Assembly: GCA_964625555.1 (NCBI GenBank)
Contig: CAZVDM010000001.1
Span: 13,573-77,572, forward strand
Origin: an uncultured Chloracidobacterium sp.
Lineage (GTDB): Bacteria; Acidobacteriota; Blastocatellia; Pyrinomonadales; Pyrinomonadaceae
DNA: 64,000 nucleotides
Direction: 5' to 3'
The notes under the pieces are model-generated. The model worked only from the letters and a program-made list of their open reading frames with translations, had not been told where the DNA came from and searched no databases. A program made the position numbers and the translations under genes. Of this stretch, positions 45,490 through 56,517 are shown in pieces. Position 1 is the stretch's first letter; each line of letters starts with the position of its first letter.

Positions 45490-45935
45490 TGAACAACGAA
45501 TATCCCACATTTCTCCACCGTTGGTTCGAAGAGGTTTGGAATAATAAGAGCGAAGACGCGATCGACGAAATGCTCGCCGCCGACGTCGTCGGTTATGGGC
45601 TGAGCGAACCGGACGGAAGTCAGATAGTCGGTCCCGAGAGCTTTAAGCGTCTGCATCGAGCGTTCATCTCGGCCTTTCCCGATATTCGGATAACGGTCGA
45701 AGACACCGTGACCGAAGGTAATAAGATCGCGGGCCGCTGCCGCGTCACCGGTACTCATGACGGCGAAGGGGTCGGGGTCGCGCCAACGCGGCAAAATGTA
45801 GATTTCACAGGTATGATCATCGTCTATCTAAAAGATGGAAAGATGATCGAGGTGTGGAACGAGTTCAATTTTATGGATATGTATACGCAGGTCGGGGCAC
45901 TAACACTAGATCTGCAGCAGCCATCAGATCAATAA
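45486..45935 (+). CDS. SnoaL-like ester cyclase family protein
   Basis: 149 aa containing WFEEVWNNK...DVVGYG..., typical of the ester cyclase/NTF2-like fold. Confidence 0.7.
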   Translation: MMNNEYPTFLHRWFEEVWNNKSEDAIDEMLAADVVGYGLSEPDGSQIVGPESFKRLHRAFISAFPDIRITVEDTVTEGNKIAGRCRVTGTHDGEGVGVAPTRQNVDFTGMIIVYLKDGKMIEVWNEFNFMDMYTQVGALTLDLQQPSDQ

Positions 45936-45955
45936 TAAGGAAAATTCAATTTATA

Positions 45956-46372
45956 ATGAGCAATTTAACATTTGGAATTATCAAGCCCGACGCGGTTCGG
46001 GCAGGGAAACAGGGACAGATCATTTCGCGCATTTTGGGTGCGGGATTTAAGATCCGCGGGATGAAGCTGATTCATCAGACGCGTAAGCAGGCAGAGGGCT
46101 TTTATGCCGTTCACGCGGGCAAGGGCTTTTTCGACGAGCTGTGTGATTTTATGTCGAGCGGACCTTGTGTCGTGCTGGCGCTCGAGAAGGAAAACGCTGT
46201 CCCGGCGTGGCGTGAACTGATGGGAGCGACCAATCCGGCTGAGGCCGCACCTGACACGCTGCGAAAGGATTTTGCGACGTCGATCGGCGAGAATGCCGTT
46301 CACGGTTCGGATTCTGACGAAAATGCCACGATCGAGATCGCATATTTCTTTAGCAAACTTGAATTAGTTTAG
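45956..46372 (+). CDS. ndk: Nucleoside-diphosphate kinase
   Basis: TFGIIKPDAV ... NAVHGSDS contains the active-site His motif. The start is set at MSNLTFGI. Confidence 0.95.
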   Translation: MSNLTFGIIKPDAVRAGKQGQIISRILGAGFKIRGMKLIHQTRKQAEGFYAVHAGKGFFDELCDFMSSGPCVVLALEKENAVPAWRELMGATNPAEAAPDTLRKDFATSIGENAVHGSDSDENATIEIAYFFSKLELV

Positions 46373-46464
46373 GCGGTAAAGTATAAAAGTTGCAGAACTT
46401 TAACGCTTAAAAAGGGGAAAGTGCCACATCTGCTGCGGCAGACGGACTTGACAGGACTAAATTC

Positions 46465-47514
46465 ATGAAAAAATGCCCAAGTTGTGAAAAGACGTTCGAA
46501 GATTCGATGAGGTTTTGTCAGGTCGACGGCACGCCGCTGGTCGATGACGCCCCGGCGTTCGATCCGTATGCCACGATTGTCGCTCCGGCCGGTTCTGCAG
46601 CACCGCCCGAGCCTGAACCGCCCGTAGCGGTTGAGCCCCCGGTGATGTCGATCGAACCGATCGAGACCGCCGAATCCGAGGCTGCGACACAGATCGCGGA
46701 TTATCCTCAGACTGCCGCACCGATCGCCGAACCCGATGACGTCCTTGACCTTCCGTCTGAACCTGATCCGCTAAAGACCATGTATGTCTCTGAGGACGAA
46801 ATGCGTGCGGCCTTGGGCTCTGTCGACGCGGCGGACGATCAGATAATGGAGATCCCGGAGGCGGCCCCTGAGCCACCGGCATTCATTGCGCCTGAGATCG
46901 CTACGCCGCCGTCACCGTTTGCCGCAGAAACGCCTTCGGAGCCGGTTTTTGCCGCGTCCGAACCGGCAATACCATCGCCGTTCGGTGATCAGGCACCGGT
47001 CGCTGAAGAAGTTCAAACTCCGCAATTCACGGCCCCTGAGACGCCTCCGTTCAAAGAGCCCGAACCGGTATTTGATCCGTCAATCGCTGAGCCGGCAACG
47101 TCATCGCCTCCCGCCGAATGGACACCGCCGCCGGCGCCCGATGCGAGTTGGCAAAATCAGGAGATCGGGTCGAACACGCCGTTCCAGCAACCACCTGTTG
47201 GTGCCGCCTCGCCGAGTTCCGTGCTTGCCATTATATCGCTTGTATTGGGTGTTATCGGATTTCTATCGGCGATCGGAATATTGATTCCACTTCTAGGCGT
47301 CTTATGTGCGTTAGTTACACTCGGGTTGGGGCTTGCGGCGATAATTACTGGATTTTTGGCAAGGAGCCGAGTCAATCGTTCGCCCGATCAGTATGGAGGA
47401 AAAGGGCTTGCGACGGTTGGGATTATACTGGGAGTTCTCGACCTAATTGCACCTTTCGTAATTTACGGGGTCGTTTTTCTGTTAATGGGCGGTATGTCGG
47501 CTTTTTCTCGTTAG
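46465..47514 (+). CDS. Zinc-ribbon / Pro-rich linker / DUF4190-like membrane protein
   Basis: The N-terminus is MKKCPSCEKTFEDSMRFCQVDGTPL. It has a long Pro/Glu/Ala linker and C-terminal TM helices. Confidence 0.6.
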   Translation: MKKCPSCEKTFEDSMRFCQVDGTPLVDDAPAFDPYATIVAPAGSAAPPEPEPPVAVEPPVMSIEPIETAESEAATQIADYPQTAAPIAEPDDVLDLPSEPDPLKTMYVSEDEMRAALGSVDAADDQIMEIPEAAPEPPAFIAPEIATPPSPFAAETPSEPVFAASEPAIPSPFGDQAPVAEEVQTPQFTAPETPPFKEPEPVFDPSIAEPATSSPPAEWTPPPAPDASWQNQEIGSNTPFQQPPVGAASPSSVLAIISLVLGVIGFLSAIGILIPLLGVLCALVTLGLGLAAIITGFLARSRVNRSPDQYGGKGLATVGIILGVLDLIAPFVIYGVVFLLMGGMSAFSR

Positions 47515-47531
47515 GATAGAGTAATTAATTT

Positions 47532-48053
47532 ATGTCGTTAGTTTCAGATGTTTTTCAGTCGACAATTGCGGTCATCAAGGGGATGAAACGTACCATCTCC
47601 GAAATTCCACGGGCGAAATGGACCGTCCAATATCCTGATGTGCCGATCACCGTACAGCCTCGATATCGCGGGCAACATCTGCTTCACGTTGATGAGAACG
47701 GCAAGGAAAAGTGCGTCGCATGTTATCTATGTGCGGCAGCCTGCCCGTCGGATTGCATCTATATCGAAGCCATAGACGACCCGCGTCCGTATGCCGAACG
47801 CGTTGGACGCGACGAACGATATGCAAAGGTCTACAACATCGATTACGGTCGATGCATATTCTGCGGATTTTGCGTCGAAGCCTGTCCGAAAGATGCGATC
47901 ACTCATGGCTACAACTTCGAACTTTCGGTCTATAATCGTGCCGACCTTCTGAAGACCAAGGACGATCTTTTGATCACAAAGCAAGTGCAATCAAAGAATT
48001 ACCGAGTGGCTTTGTCTTCGGAAGATGTTGATTCAGAATACAAAGAAGTCTGA
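47532..48053 (+). CDS. nuoI: NADH-quinone oxidoreductase subunit I-like 2x[4Fe-4S] protein
   Basis: Contains CVACYLCAAACP and CIFCGFCVEACP, with NuoI-like flanks. No other nuo genes are adjacent. Confidence 0.8.
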   Translation: MSLVSDVFQSTIAVIKGMKRTISEIPRAKWTVQYPDVPITVQPRYRGQHLLHVDENGKEKCVACYLCAAACPSDCIYIEAIDDPRPYAERVGRDERYAKVYNIDYGRCIFCGFCVEACPKDAITHGYNFELSVYNRADLLKTKDDLLITKQVQSKNYRVALSSEDVDSEYKEV

Positions 48054-48086
48054 CCGAGTGCGGAATGCGGAGTTAAGGCCATAGCC

Positions 48087-48698
48087 GTGGATCCAACTGA
48101 TCTACCACCTACACAAAAAGGCCGGCATCACGAAATTCGTGCCCGGGGATTGCGTGAATTTGCCGGACTGCGTCGCGACGACGAACCGCTTGATCCATTT
48201 AAACTCGCCCATTACGCCAATCTGCTTGTCGCTCCTTACGATGCGATCGAACCGCTGCTGACCGAGGAAACAAAGGCTCATTTAATTGGGGACGGCAAGA
48301 ACTCATGGTCAGGCGGCGCTGCTTCGCACACGCTGCCGAATGGGCAAAAACTCATCATCCTGAATCCGACACACGGAAAAGCGAGGCAGCGGGCTACGTT
48401 GATGGAAGAGGTTTGCCACGTCTTTCTCGGCCATCAACCAAGCCGTCTTGCGATCAAAAATAAAAACAAGAACGGTGAAACCATCGCCCGCGATTATAAC
48501 GAGGCGATCGAGGAAGAGGCCTATTCGACCGGAACTGCTGCCTTGGTCCCGTACACGGCACTCAAACGGATGGTCAACGAGGGCAAGACAGTCAGCGAGA
48601 TCGCACGACATTTTCAGGTCAGCAAACCGCTTGTCGAATTTCGCATCAAGGTTTCCCGACTCTGGGAACTATACTCAACCAAATTTATCAGCGGCTAA
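48087..48698 (+). CDS. ImmA/IrrE (COG2856)-like protein with a variant metal motif
   Basis: RQRATLMEEVCHVFLGH aligns with the family pattern RxrFtlaHElgHlllh, giving EExxH instead of HExxH. The downstream EEEAYSTGTAALVP and the C-terminal helix fit the family. GTG start. Confidence 0.6.
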   Translation: MDPTDLPPTQKGRHHEIRARGLREFAGLRRDDEPLDPFKLAHYANLLVAPYDAIEPLLTEETKAHLIGDGKNSWSGGAASHTLPNGQKLIILNPTHGKARQRATLMEEVCHVFLGHQPSRLAIKNKNKNGETIARDYNEAIEEEAYSTGTAALVPYTALKRMVNEGKTVSEIARHFQVSKPLVEFRIKVSRLWELYSTKFISG

Positions 48699-48797
48699 CT
48701 TCCAATGTTCGTACGTCGCTGAGGCCCATTCATTCAAGCTGCCTGTGCCGTTGCTTTTCGCAATTTGTGTATAATTGGGATTCGATAATTTCTTCAA

Positions 48798-50078
48798 ATG
48801 AGTGATGCCCTAGAACCAACCGCCCCAAAACTATCGACTGTAGACAAGCTGCGTCTATTGCTGGACATTACCAAGACCATCAGTCGTTCGCTTGATCTCG
48901 ACGAGGTTCTCAATCTTGTAATGGACACGCTCGGGTCGCTAATTCCATACGACGCGGCCGGGATCTATCTCATAGAATTTGGAGCCGAAGAAAAGAGCCC
49001 TTACGTTTTCAAATCAAAGGTAATTCGCGGCTATCAGATCAGTTTTGACCTGATCGAACCGCGACTGAAGATCGGCGAGGGCTTTCTCGGAACGGTCGCT
49101 CAGACCGGCAAGCCGATCATCTCGCACGATGTGAGCAAGGACGAGCGATATTTCGCGGCACGCGAACTGACAAAGTCCGAAATGCTCTGTCCTATCATCT
49201 CGAATGAACACGTCATCGGTGTCTTCGATCTCGAAAGCGACAGCCTTGACGCATATTCGGAAGACGACCTCGAGGTAATGCAGCTCCTCACATCGCAGGT
49301 CGCTATCATTATTGAAAAGGTTAGGCTCCATGACGAGGTCGTTGAGAAAAAGCGTATACAGGCGCAGCTCGAGATCGCTCGATCGGTCCAACTCGAGCTG
49401 CTGCCCGAAAATGACCCCGTCGTTCCAAATTTCGACATCAGTGCGTATGTTTTTCCGACCGAGGAAGTTTCCGGCGACTATTACGACTGGGTCAAGGTGT
49501 TTGACGATCAGGTCGGTATAGTTGTCGCGGATGCGGTCGGAAAGGGAATTCCGGCGGCTCTGCTGATGTCGTTCTTGCGGGCGTGCTTGAGGTCGTGCGT
49601 ACAGATCGGATATGCACCGCACATTGCTTTTTCAAAGGTGAGCAATTTGCTGCGCGATTCGATCGAGGACAATCAATTCATTACCGCGATATACGGGCTT
49701 CTCGATTCGACCAACAAAACATTTGTATTCTCGAACGCCGGCCATAATCCGCCTCTGCTGATCCAGCCGGACGGCGAATACCGCTTCGTCGAATACGGTG
49801 ATATGCCGTTGGGGATGTTCGATGATATCCATTATCACCAGCACTTCATCCGTTTTGTGCCTGGCATGGTGATGGTTATCTATACCGACGGCATTACCGA
49901 AGCTGCCAATCCGAATGGCGAGGAATATGGAAATGAACGTTTCGCCGCGCGCGTCCTAGATGGCATCGATATGCCTGCAAAAAAGATGATCGACCACATA
50001 CGAAAAGGCGTGGCCGATTTTACCGAACGCAAGTTTCTAGACGATGACGGAACGTTGTTTATCGTCAAAGCGGAGTAG
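48798..50078 (+). CDS. GAF domain plus PP2C/SpoIIE-type serine phosphatase (RsbU-like)
   Basis: An N-terminal GAF domain followed by a C-terminal SpoIIE domain (SGDYYDW ... DGITEA ... DDGTLFIV). Confidence 0.85.
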   Translation: MSDALEPTAPKLSTVDKLRLLLDITKTISRSLDLDEVLNLVMDTLGSLIPYDAAGIYLIEFGAEEKSPYVFKSKVIRGYQISFDLIEPRLKIGEGFLGTVAQTGKPIISHDVSKDERYFAARELTKSEMLCPIISNEHVIGVFDLESDSLDAYSEDDLEVMQLLTSQVAIIIEKVRLHDEVVEKKRIQAQLEIARSVQLELLPENDPVVPNFDISAYVFPTEEVSGDYYDWVKVFDDQVGIVVADAVGKGIPAALLMSFLRACLRSCVQIGYAPHIAFSKVSNLLRDSIEDNQFITAIYGLLDSTNKTFVFSNAGHNPPLLIQPDGEYRFVEYGDMPLGMFDDIHYHQHFIRFVPGMVMVIYTDGITEAANPNGEEYGNERFAARVLDGIDMPAKKMIDHIRKGVADFTERKFLDDDGTLFIVKAE

Positions 50079-50081
50079 GCT

Positions 50082-50149
50082 AGTAAAGAGTAAAAGTGAA
50101 AGAGTGAAAAAGTATCGCGAGATAAACTCGAACTTTTTCACTCTTTCAC
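50082..50149. repeat. Hairpin of inverted 8-mer arrays (GTGAAAGA units)
   Basis: GTGAAAGAGTGAAAAAGT (50096-50113) and ACTTTTTCACTCTTTCAC (50132-50149) form a perfect 18-bp inverted repeat. There are extra AGTAAAG units on the left. Confidence 0.75.
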
Positions 50150-50186
50150 AGTTTCCGAGCGTTTGTTCAGTTGTTGGAAATTGCTA

Positions 50187-50444
50187 TCAATGTGCCGTCA
50201 GCGAGCAATGGACAAAATCACCACCCGGTACGACCGGGGTTCGGTAGTCGTTGTAGTTGATCTTGTCATTACCCGTCGAGAAAGCGTAAATGTCAAACCC
50301 GTAGGCGTCAAGAAAATCTGTCAGTTCGCCCGAACGGTCGAGATAGATCGTCTCAGCAAATCCCAGCTCTTGACGAATTTGCAGCAGCCGCTCAATTACT
50401 TCGAGCGGTGCGAAACAAATATCCGGATCTTTGAAAGTAGCCAT
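50187..50444 (-). CDS. Hypothetical small acidic protein
   Basis: 85-aa ORF with more protein-like composition than the overlapping plus-strand ORF. It has no clear RBS and no recognised family. Confidence 0.35.
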   Translation of the reverse strand: MATFKDPDICFAPLEVIERLLQIRQELGFAETIYLDRSGELTDFLDAYGFDIYAFSTGNDKINYNDYRTPVVPGGDFVHCSLTAH

Positions 50445-50645
50445 AAGGGAAAAGCCATTTTTCAGGCAGCCGGTCTCGCTTGCCCGGCATCTGATTAGAG
50501 TACGGTCAATGCAATTTGGTTGTTCGCAAAAACTCTCGAATTTTCATCAAATTGCACGCATCCGGAAAATTGAACGAAAATAATGGAAGTTTTTGCCGAA
50601 AAAGCATAAGATTGTGTCATACGACACTTCCCTAAGGAGATCATC

Positions 50646-51779
50646 ATGACCATCAAATCAATTCGGTTCGCATTTTGTATCGCAATGACAATGTGCCTCG
50701 GCACGGTTCTGATAGCTCAGGATCGCCGCGTGCTCTCAGCAGCCGGTGATAAATACGTGATCTCAGCAAATGCCGGCGGCGTCAATTTTACTGAAGGTGC
50801 AGTAACCGTCATCCGAAAGGAAGGCCGCAGCGGCGTACTCCTTAAGGGCGACCAGATCGAGATCGGCGATCGCGTCTCGACCGGAGCTGAAGGCAAGGTC
50901 GAGATCTTGTTAAATCCCGGTTCGTACGTTCGGCTTGGTTCAAATTCGACTTTCGAATTCAAAACGACCTCGCTCGATGATCTCAAGTTACGTGTAGACA
51001 GCGGTTCTGCGATGTTCGAGGTTTTTGCGACCAACGAATTTAAGGTCACAGTTTTCACGCCGAAGGGTCAGGTGACTTTGGTTGACACGGGCATATATCG
51101 TGTTGACGTTTCGTCGAGCGGCTCCGCGAAAGTATCAGTGTGGGACGGATTTGCTGAGCTTTCTGATGGAAGCAGCAGGGTCAAAAAGGGCCGTGCAGTG
51201 ACCGTCGGCAACGGTGCTCCATCGATCGCGAAGTTTGACCGTGACGAAATGGATGCTCTTGCGATCTGGAGTAAAGAACGCGGAAAAATGCTCTCGAAGG
51301 CAACGGCTTCTCTAAAGAATAAAGTTGTTCGAGATTCACTTATCAATGCATACAACGGCGGCCGTTGGGGCATGTTCGATGCGTTTGGGTTATGGATCTA
51401 TAGTTCGCAGTTTGGCGGGCATTGTTTCTTGCCGTTTGGACGCGGTTGGTATTCGCCCTATGGATATTGGTTTGGAAATAACATCTGGTGGTACGATCTA
51501 CCGACGGTGATCTATTATCCTCCTATGCCGACACCCAGCATTTTTGGAACAAAGAATCGCAGCCGCGAGGATGAGATCGGCGGCGGTGGTGGTGGCGGCA
51601 ATTCGCTTCCGCCTTTCGTTCGTGTTCAGGAGGGGATCAAGACAAATAATCCGATCCGCGAACCGGCTGACATCAATAACAACAACAATACGGACCGTTC
51701 GCCCGTTTTCTTTCCGTCAACGCCATCGGTCGTGACCGCCGTACCGTCGCCGACCGGAACAAAGACGCGAGATAACTGA
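50646..51779 (+). CDS. Secreted FecR-domain protein
   Basis: Signal peptide and AAGGAG upstream. The FecR-like beta domain contains GDRVSTGAEGKVEILLNPGSYVRLGSNSTFEF. The C-terminus is rich in Gly, Trp and Tyr. Confidence 0.7.
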   Translation: MTIKSIRFAFCIAMTMCLGTVLIAQDRRVLSAAGDKYVISANAGGVNFTEGAVTVIRKEGRSGVLLKGDQIEIGDRVSTGAEGKVEILLNPGSYVRLGSNSTFEFKTTSLDDLKLRVDSGSAMFEVFATNEFKVTVFTPKGQVTLVDTGIYRVDVSSSGSAKVSVWDGFAELSDGSSRVKKGRAVTVGNGAPSIAKFDRDEMDALAIWSKERGKMLSKATASLKNKVVRDSLINAYNGGRWGMFDAFGLWIYSSQFGGHCFLPFGRGWYSPYGYWFGNNIWWYDLPTVIYYPPMPTPSIFGTKNRSREDEIGGGGGGGNSLPPFVRVQEGIKTNNPIREPADINNNNNTDRSPVFFPSTPSVVTAVPSPTGTKTRDN

Positions 51780-51799
51780 GGTTGGTATCCTTGAAAGTC

Positions 51800-51836
51800 A
51801 AAAGGCGGGAGAATTCGATTTCTCCCGCCTTTTTTA
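51800..51836. terminator. Bidirectional intrinsic terminator
   Basis: AAA-AGGCGGGAGA-attcgatt-TCTCCCGCCT-TTTTT lies between convergent genes. Confidence 0.75.
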
Positions 51837-52697
51837 TTTGATCAAGTGAAAAAACACGCCGGGGTCAGGCGGCCTATCCAATTCACCAGTCATTGAGCCC
51901 AATACAAGCAGGAGCGATTGAATTCCGTTAAATAGCGTGTGCAAGATGATGCACGGCAGCAGATTTTTGGTCCAAACCCGCAAACCGGTGAGGATCACAC
52001 TGAGTAAACCAAGCAGAAGGATCGTCGAATAGCTAGGATAATATTGCGGCACATGAACGATTGCGAACATTAGCGTTACGATCAAAAACGCAGCCGGCAC
52101 GCCGACTGTCCGCTGAAACGCCGAATACAGAACGCCTCGATAGATAACCTCTTCTATAAGCGGAGCGGTAAACGTCGCGAGAAATGCGACGATGTAGACA
52201 GCCGATCTCGACGACCTTAACATTCTGATCAGATCGTTTTCCTGCTCGGGGAAATAGTTGCCGACCACGACGGCGATCGCGGCAAATGCAACCAGGATCG
52301 CAGGATAATGCCACCACGAAATGCCTCCCGCCTTCCATCCGAGCGTCTTTGTAAAGGAATATTTTCGAAATCTGGTCACGACCAGCCATGCGACCAGCAG
52401 TGTCAGCAGATGGGCCGGAATGATCGAGACGATCTGCAAAATGATCGCGAATGGATCATTTTTGGCGAATTCGACCAACGCTTCGCTTTCTGTGATCGGC
52501 GGATCGAGCGTCAGAGCATACGGCAACAAGAACAGTGAAGGGACAATAATGATCAACAGAACGCTGATGAACCACGTGCCGACCGCTACCCAGCCATTCC
52601 ACGGCGGATCGTTTGGTGTAGGTTCGACGTCCGGTCCTATCTGATTGTCGCGAGGATTCAACGGTCGATAGTCGAGAGTTTGTTCGATATTTTCCAC
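51834..52697 (-). CDS. CPBP family intramembrane glutamic endopeptidase (CAAX/Abi)
   Basis: Contains EEVIYRG, FAIVH and LHTLFN motifs in a polytopic membrane protein. Confidence 0.8.
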   Translation of the reverse strand: MENIEQTLDYRPLNPRDNQIGPDVEPTPNDPPWNGWVAVGTWFISVLLIIIVPSLFLLPYALTLDPPITESEALVEFAKNDPFAIILQIVSIIPAHLLTLLVAWLVVTRFRKYSFTKTLGWKAGGISWWHYPAILVAFAAIAVVVGNYFPEQENDLIRMLRSSRSAVYIVAFLATFTAPLIEEVIYRGVLYSAFQRTVGVPAAFLIVTLMFAIVHVPQYYPSYSTILLLGLLSVILTGLRVWTKNLLPCIILHTLFNGIQSLLLVLGSMTGELDRPPDPGVFFHLIK

Positions 52698-52784
52698 GAG
52701 AGTGAGTTTAGCGAATCAAGGTTTAACTTCAAAACTCGATTTCAATCTTGCTATTTCATCTAAATACAGATAACCTAAAATCCC

Positions 52785-53588
52785 GTGGAGTTACACGGGA
52801 AAATCCAACAACAATTAGTCATCGCGATCATACCGGCACGTTACGGTTCTATCCGTTTGCCTGGGAAGATGTTGCTCGATATCGCTGGTAAACCGTTGAT
52901 CCTGCATACGTTAGCTCAAACGCAAAAGGCGAGAAATGTTGAGCGTGTGATCGTTGCTACCGACGATCGGCGAATATTGGATGTTGTGAATCAAAGCGGC
53001 GGAGAGGCAGTGATGACCTCGCCCGACCACCATTCAGGCAGCGACCGTTTGGCTGAGGTCGCCGAAACGCTGCCCGCGGGTTCGATCATTGTAAATGTAC
53101 AAGGCGACGAACCGACGATCTCGCCGCTGACCATCGAGGCGGCGGTGGACGCGCTCGTCAATGACGATTCGGCAGACATGTCGACGACGTGTGAAAACAT
53201 CCAAAGCATCGACGACCTAATGAATGGCAACCTCGTTAAGGTGGTAACGAATGACGCGGGCTACGCAGTCTTTTTTTCGCGTTCGCCAATACCATATCCG
53301 AGGGATGCAGCGTTAGCACACGGTGGAACGGAAAGAGCTCTGTACGAAAAACCTGAGCTACTGTCGCTGTTTCGAAAACATACCGGGCTTTATGCGTATC
53401 GCCGCGAGTTTTTGCTCAAATTTACCGCGATGCCTCAGACGAGACTCGAAAGAATTGAGATGCTCGAGCAATTGAGGGCGTTGGAGAATGGTGCGAAGAT
53501 AAAGGTGGTGGAGGTCGATCAGCAGTCGATCGGCGTTGACACATTAGAAGACTTTCAATTGATCAGAACGATGCTCTCGGGAACGTAG
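52785..53588 (+). CDS. kdsB: 3-deoxy-manno-octulosonate cytidylyltransferase
   Basis: IIPARYGSIRLPGK ... VNVQGDEP ... RSPIPY motifs. GTG start. Confidence 0.9.
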   Translation: MELHGKIQQQLVIAIIPARYGSIRLPGKMLLDIAGKPLILHTLAQTQKARNVERVIVATDDRRILDVVNQSGGEAVMTSPDHHSGSDRLAEVAETLPAGSIIVNVQGDEPTISPLTIEAAVDALVNDDSADMSTTCENIQSIDDLMNGNLVKVVTNDAGYAVFFSRSPIPYPRDAALAHGGTERALYEKPELLSLFRKHTGLYAYRREFLLKFTAMPQTRLERIEMLEQLRALENGAKIKVVEVDQQSIGVDTLEDFQLIRTMLSGT

Positions 53589-53590
53589 TT

Positions 53591-53860
53591 ATGGGTGACT
53601 GGATCGGGCTTGGATTTTTTGTCCTTCTAATTGTCAGTGCGATCGTCGCGTTGAAAATCCTTAGCAAACCGCGTGTATCTAGTTCGGATGAATTTGAGCG
53701 AAACGCAGCAGAAGGCACGACGGCGCTCGGAGCTACAATGAACGCTTTGCAGGAACTAATGGATCCGGCCGAGGCAAAGGCGAAAGAAGTAATTGCGCAG
53801 ATGAAGGAAGGTAACTTCCAGAAGAAAAAGCGGGAAGGGAAGGCGGAAGGGGAAGATTGA
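53591..53860 (+). CDS. Small membrane-anchored protein
   Basis: 89 aa with one N-terminal TM helix. It starts 2 nt after the kdsB stop. Confidence 0.45.
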   Translation: MGDWIGLGFFVLLIVSAIVALKILSKPRVSSSDEFERNAAEGTTALGATMNALQELMDPAEAKAKEVIAQMKEGNFQKKKREGKAEGED

Positions 53861-53863
53861 GTT

Positions 53864-55653
<1,790 letters not shown>

Positions 55654-55686
55654 GCCCAAACTGCCGGTTGATGGGAAATTTGAAAT

Positions 55687-56490
55687 ATGAGAGTGCTGTT
55701 AGCGATCACAGTATTAGTCATGCTCAATATCAGTACTTTCGCCCACGAATACTGGTTTGAGTATGACAATTTCTTTTCGCGTGTAAACGAACGGACGGAC
55801 CTTCGCCTTTTTGTCGGTTCGGCTCTGAAGAAAGAAGAGGAGCGAACGTATCAAGCGTCGAAAACTGATTCATTTCAGATGTTCTCAGCCGGCGAGGTAT
55901 TTGATGTGCGGCCGCTTGCCGAAGACGGTAGATCGCCGATACTTAAATTCGCCTCAGATCATGCAGGAACATTCCTGTTGTCGATGGAACGGAACTGGTC
56001 GTATATCAAGCTCGATGCAGACAAATTTGACGAATATCTCCGTGAGGACGGAATGGAGTACATAATAGCCGAACGCAAACGTCTCGGCGAATCGGCAAAA
56101 GAAGGCCGTGAACGCTATTCGCGTTATCTGAAAACACTTATCCAGGTCGGCGACAGCCGCACGGGTTCGGCAAAAACGCGTGTCGGATCAAAGATCGAGA
56201 TCGTCCCGCTCGAGAATCCATATTCCAAAAAGGTCGGTGACAATCTGAAACTGCAGGTCTATTTCTCGGGCTTTCCGCTTGCCGATCGAGCTGTTGTTGC
56301 CGACAACCGTGACGGTGAAAATTACTCGTCGCAGAAATTCTCTACGGACAAAGACGGCAAATTCACCGTAAAACTCATGAATAAAGGCGTCTGGCTAATT
56401 CGACTTGTACATATGCAGCGATGCGCTAAGAACTGTGGAGACGTTGATTGGGAGAGCTTTTGGGGTGCATTGACGTTTGGTCTGAGATAG
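55687..56490 (+). CDS. DUF4198 domain periplasmic protein
   Basis: The signal peptide is followed directly by HEYWFE, which is typical of mature DUF4198/NikM-like N-termini. Confidence 0.7.
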   Translation: MRVLLAITVLVMLNISTFAHEYWFEYDNFFSRVNERTDLRLFVGSALKKEEERTYQASKTDSFQMFSAGEVFDVRPLAEDGRSPILKFASDHAGTFLLSMERNWSYIKLDADKFDEYLREDGMEYIIAERKRLGESAKEGRERYSRYLKTLIQVGDSRTGSAKTRVGSKIEIVPLENPYSKKVGDNLKLQVYFSGFPLADRAVVADNRDGENYSSQKFSTDKDGKFTVKLMNKGVWLIRLVHMQRCAKNCGDVDWESFWGALTFGLR

Positions 56491-56517
56491 AGAAAAAGAT
56501 AATTAACCACATATAAA

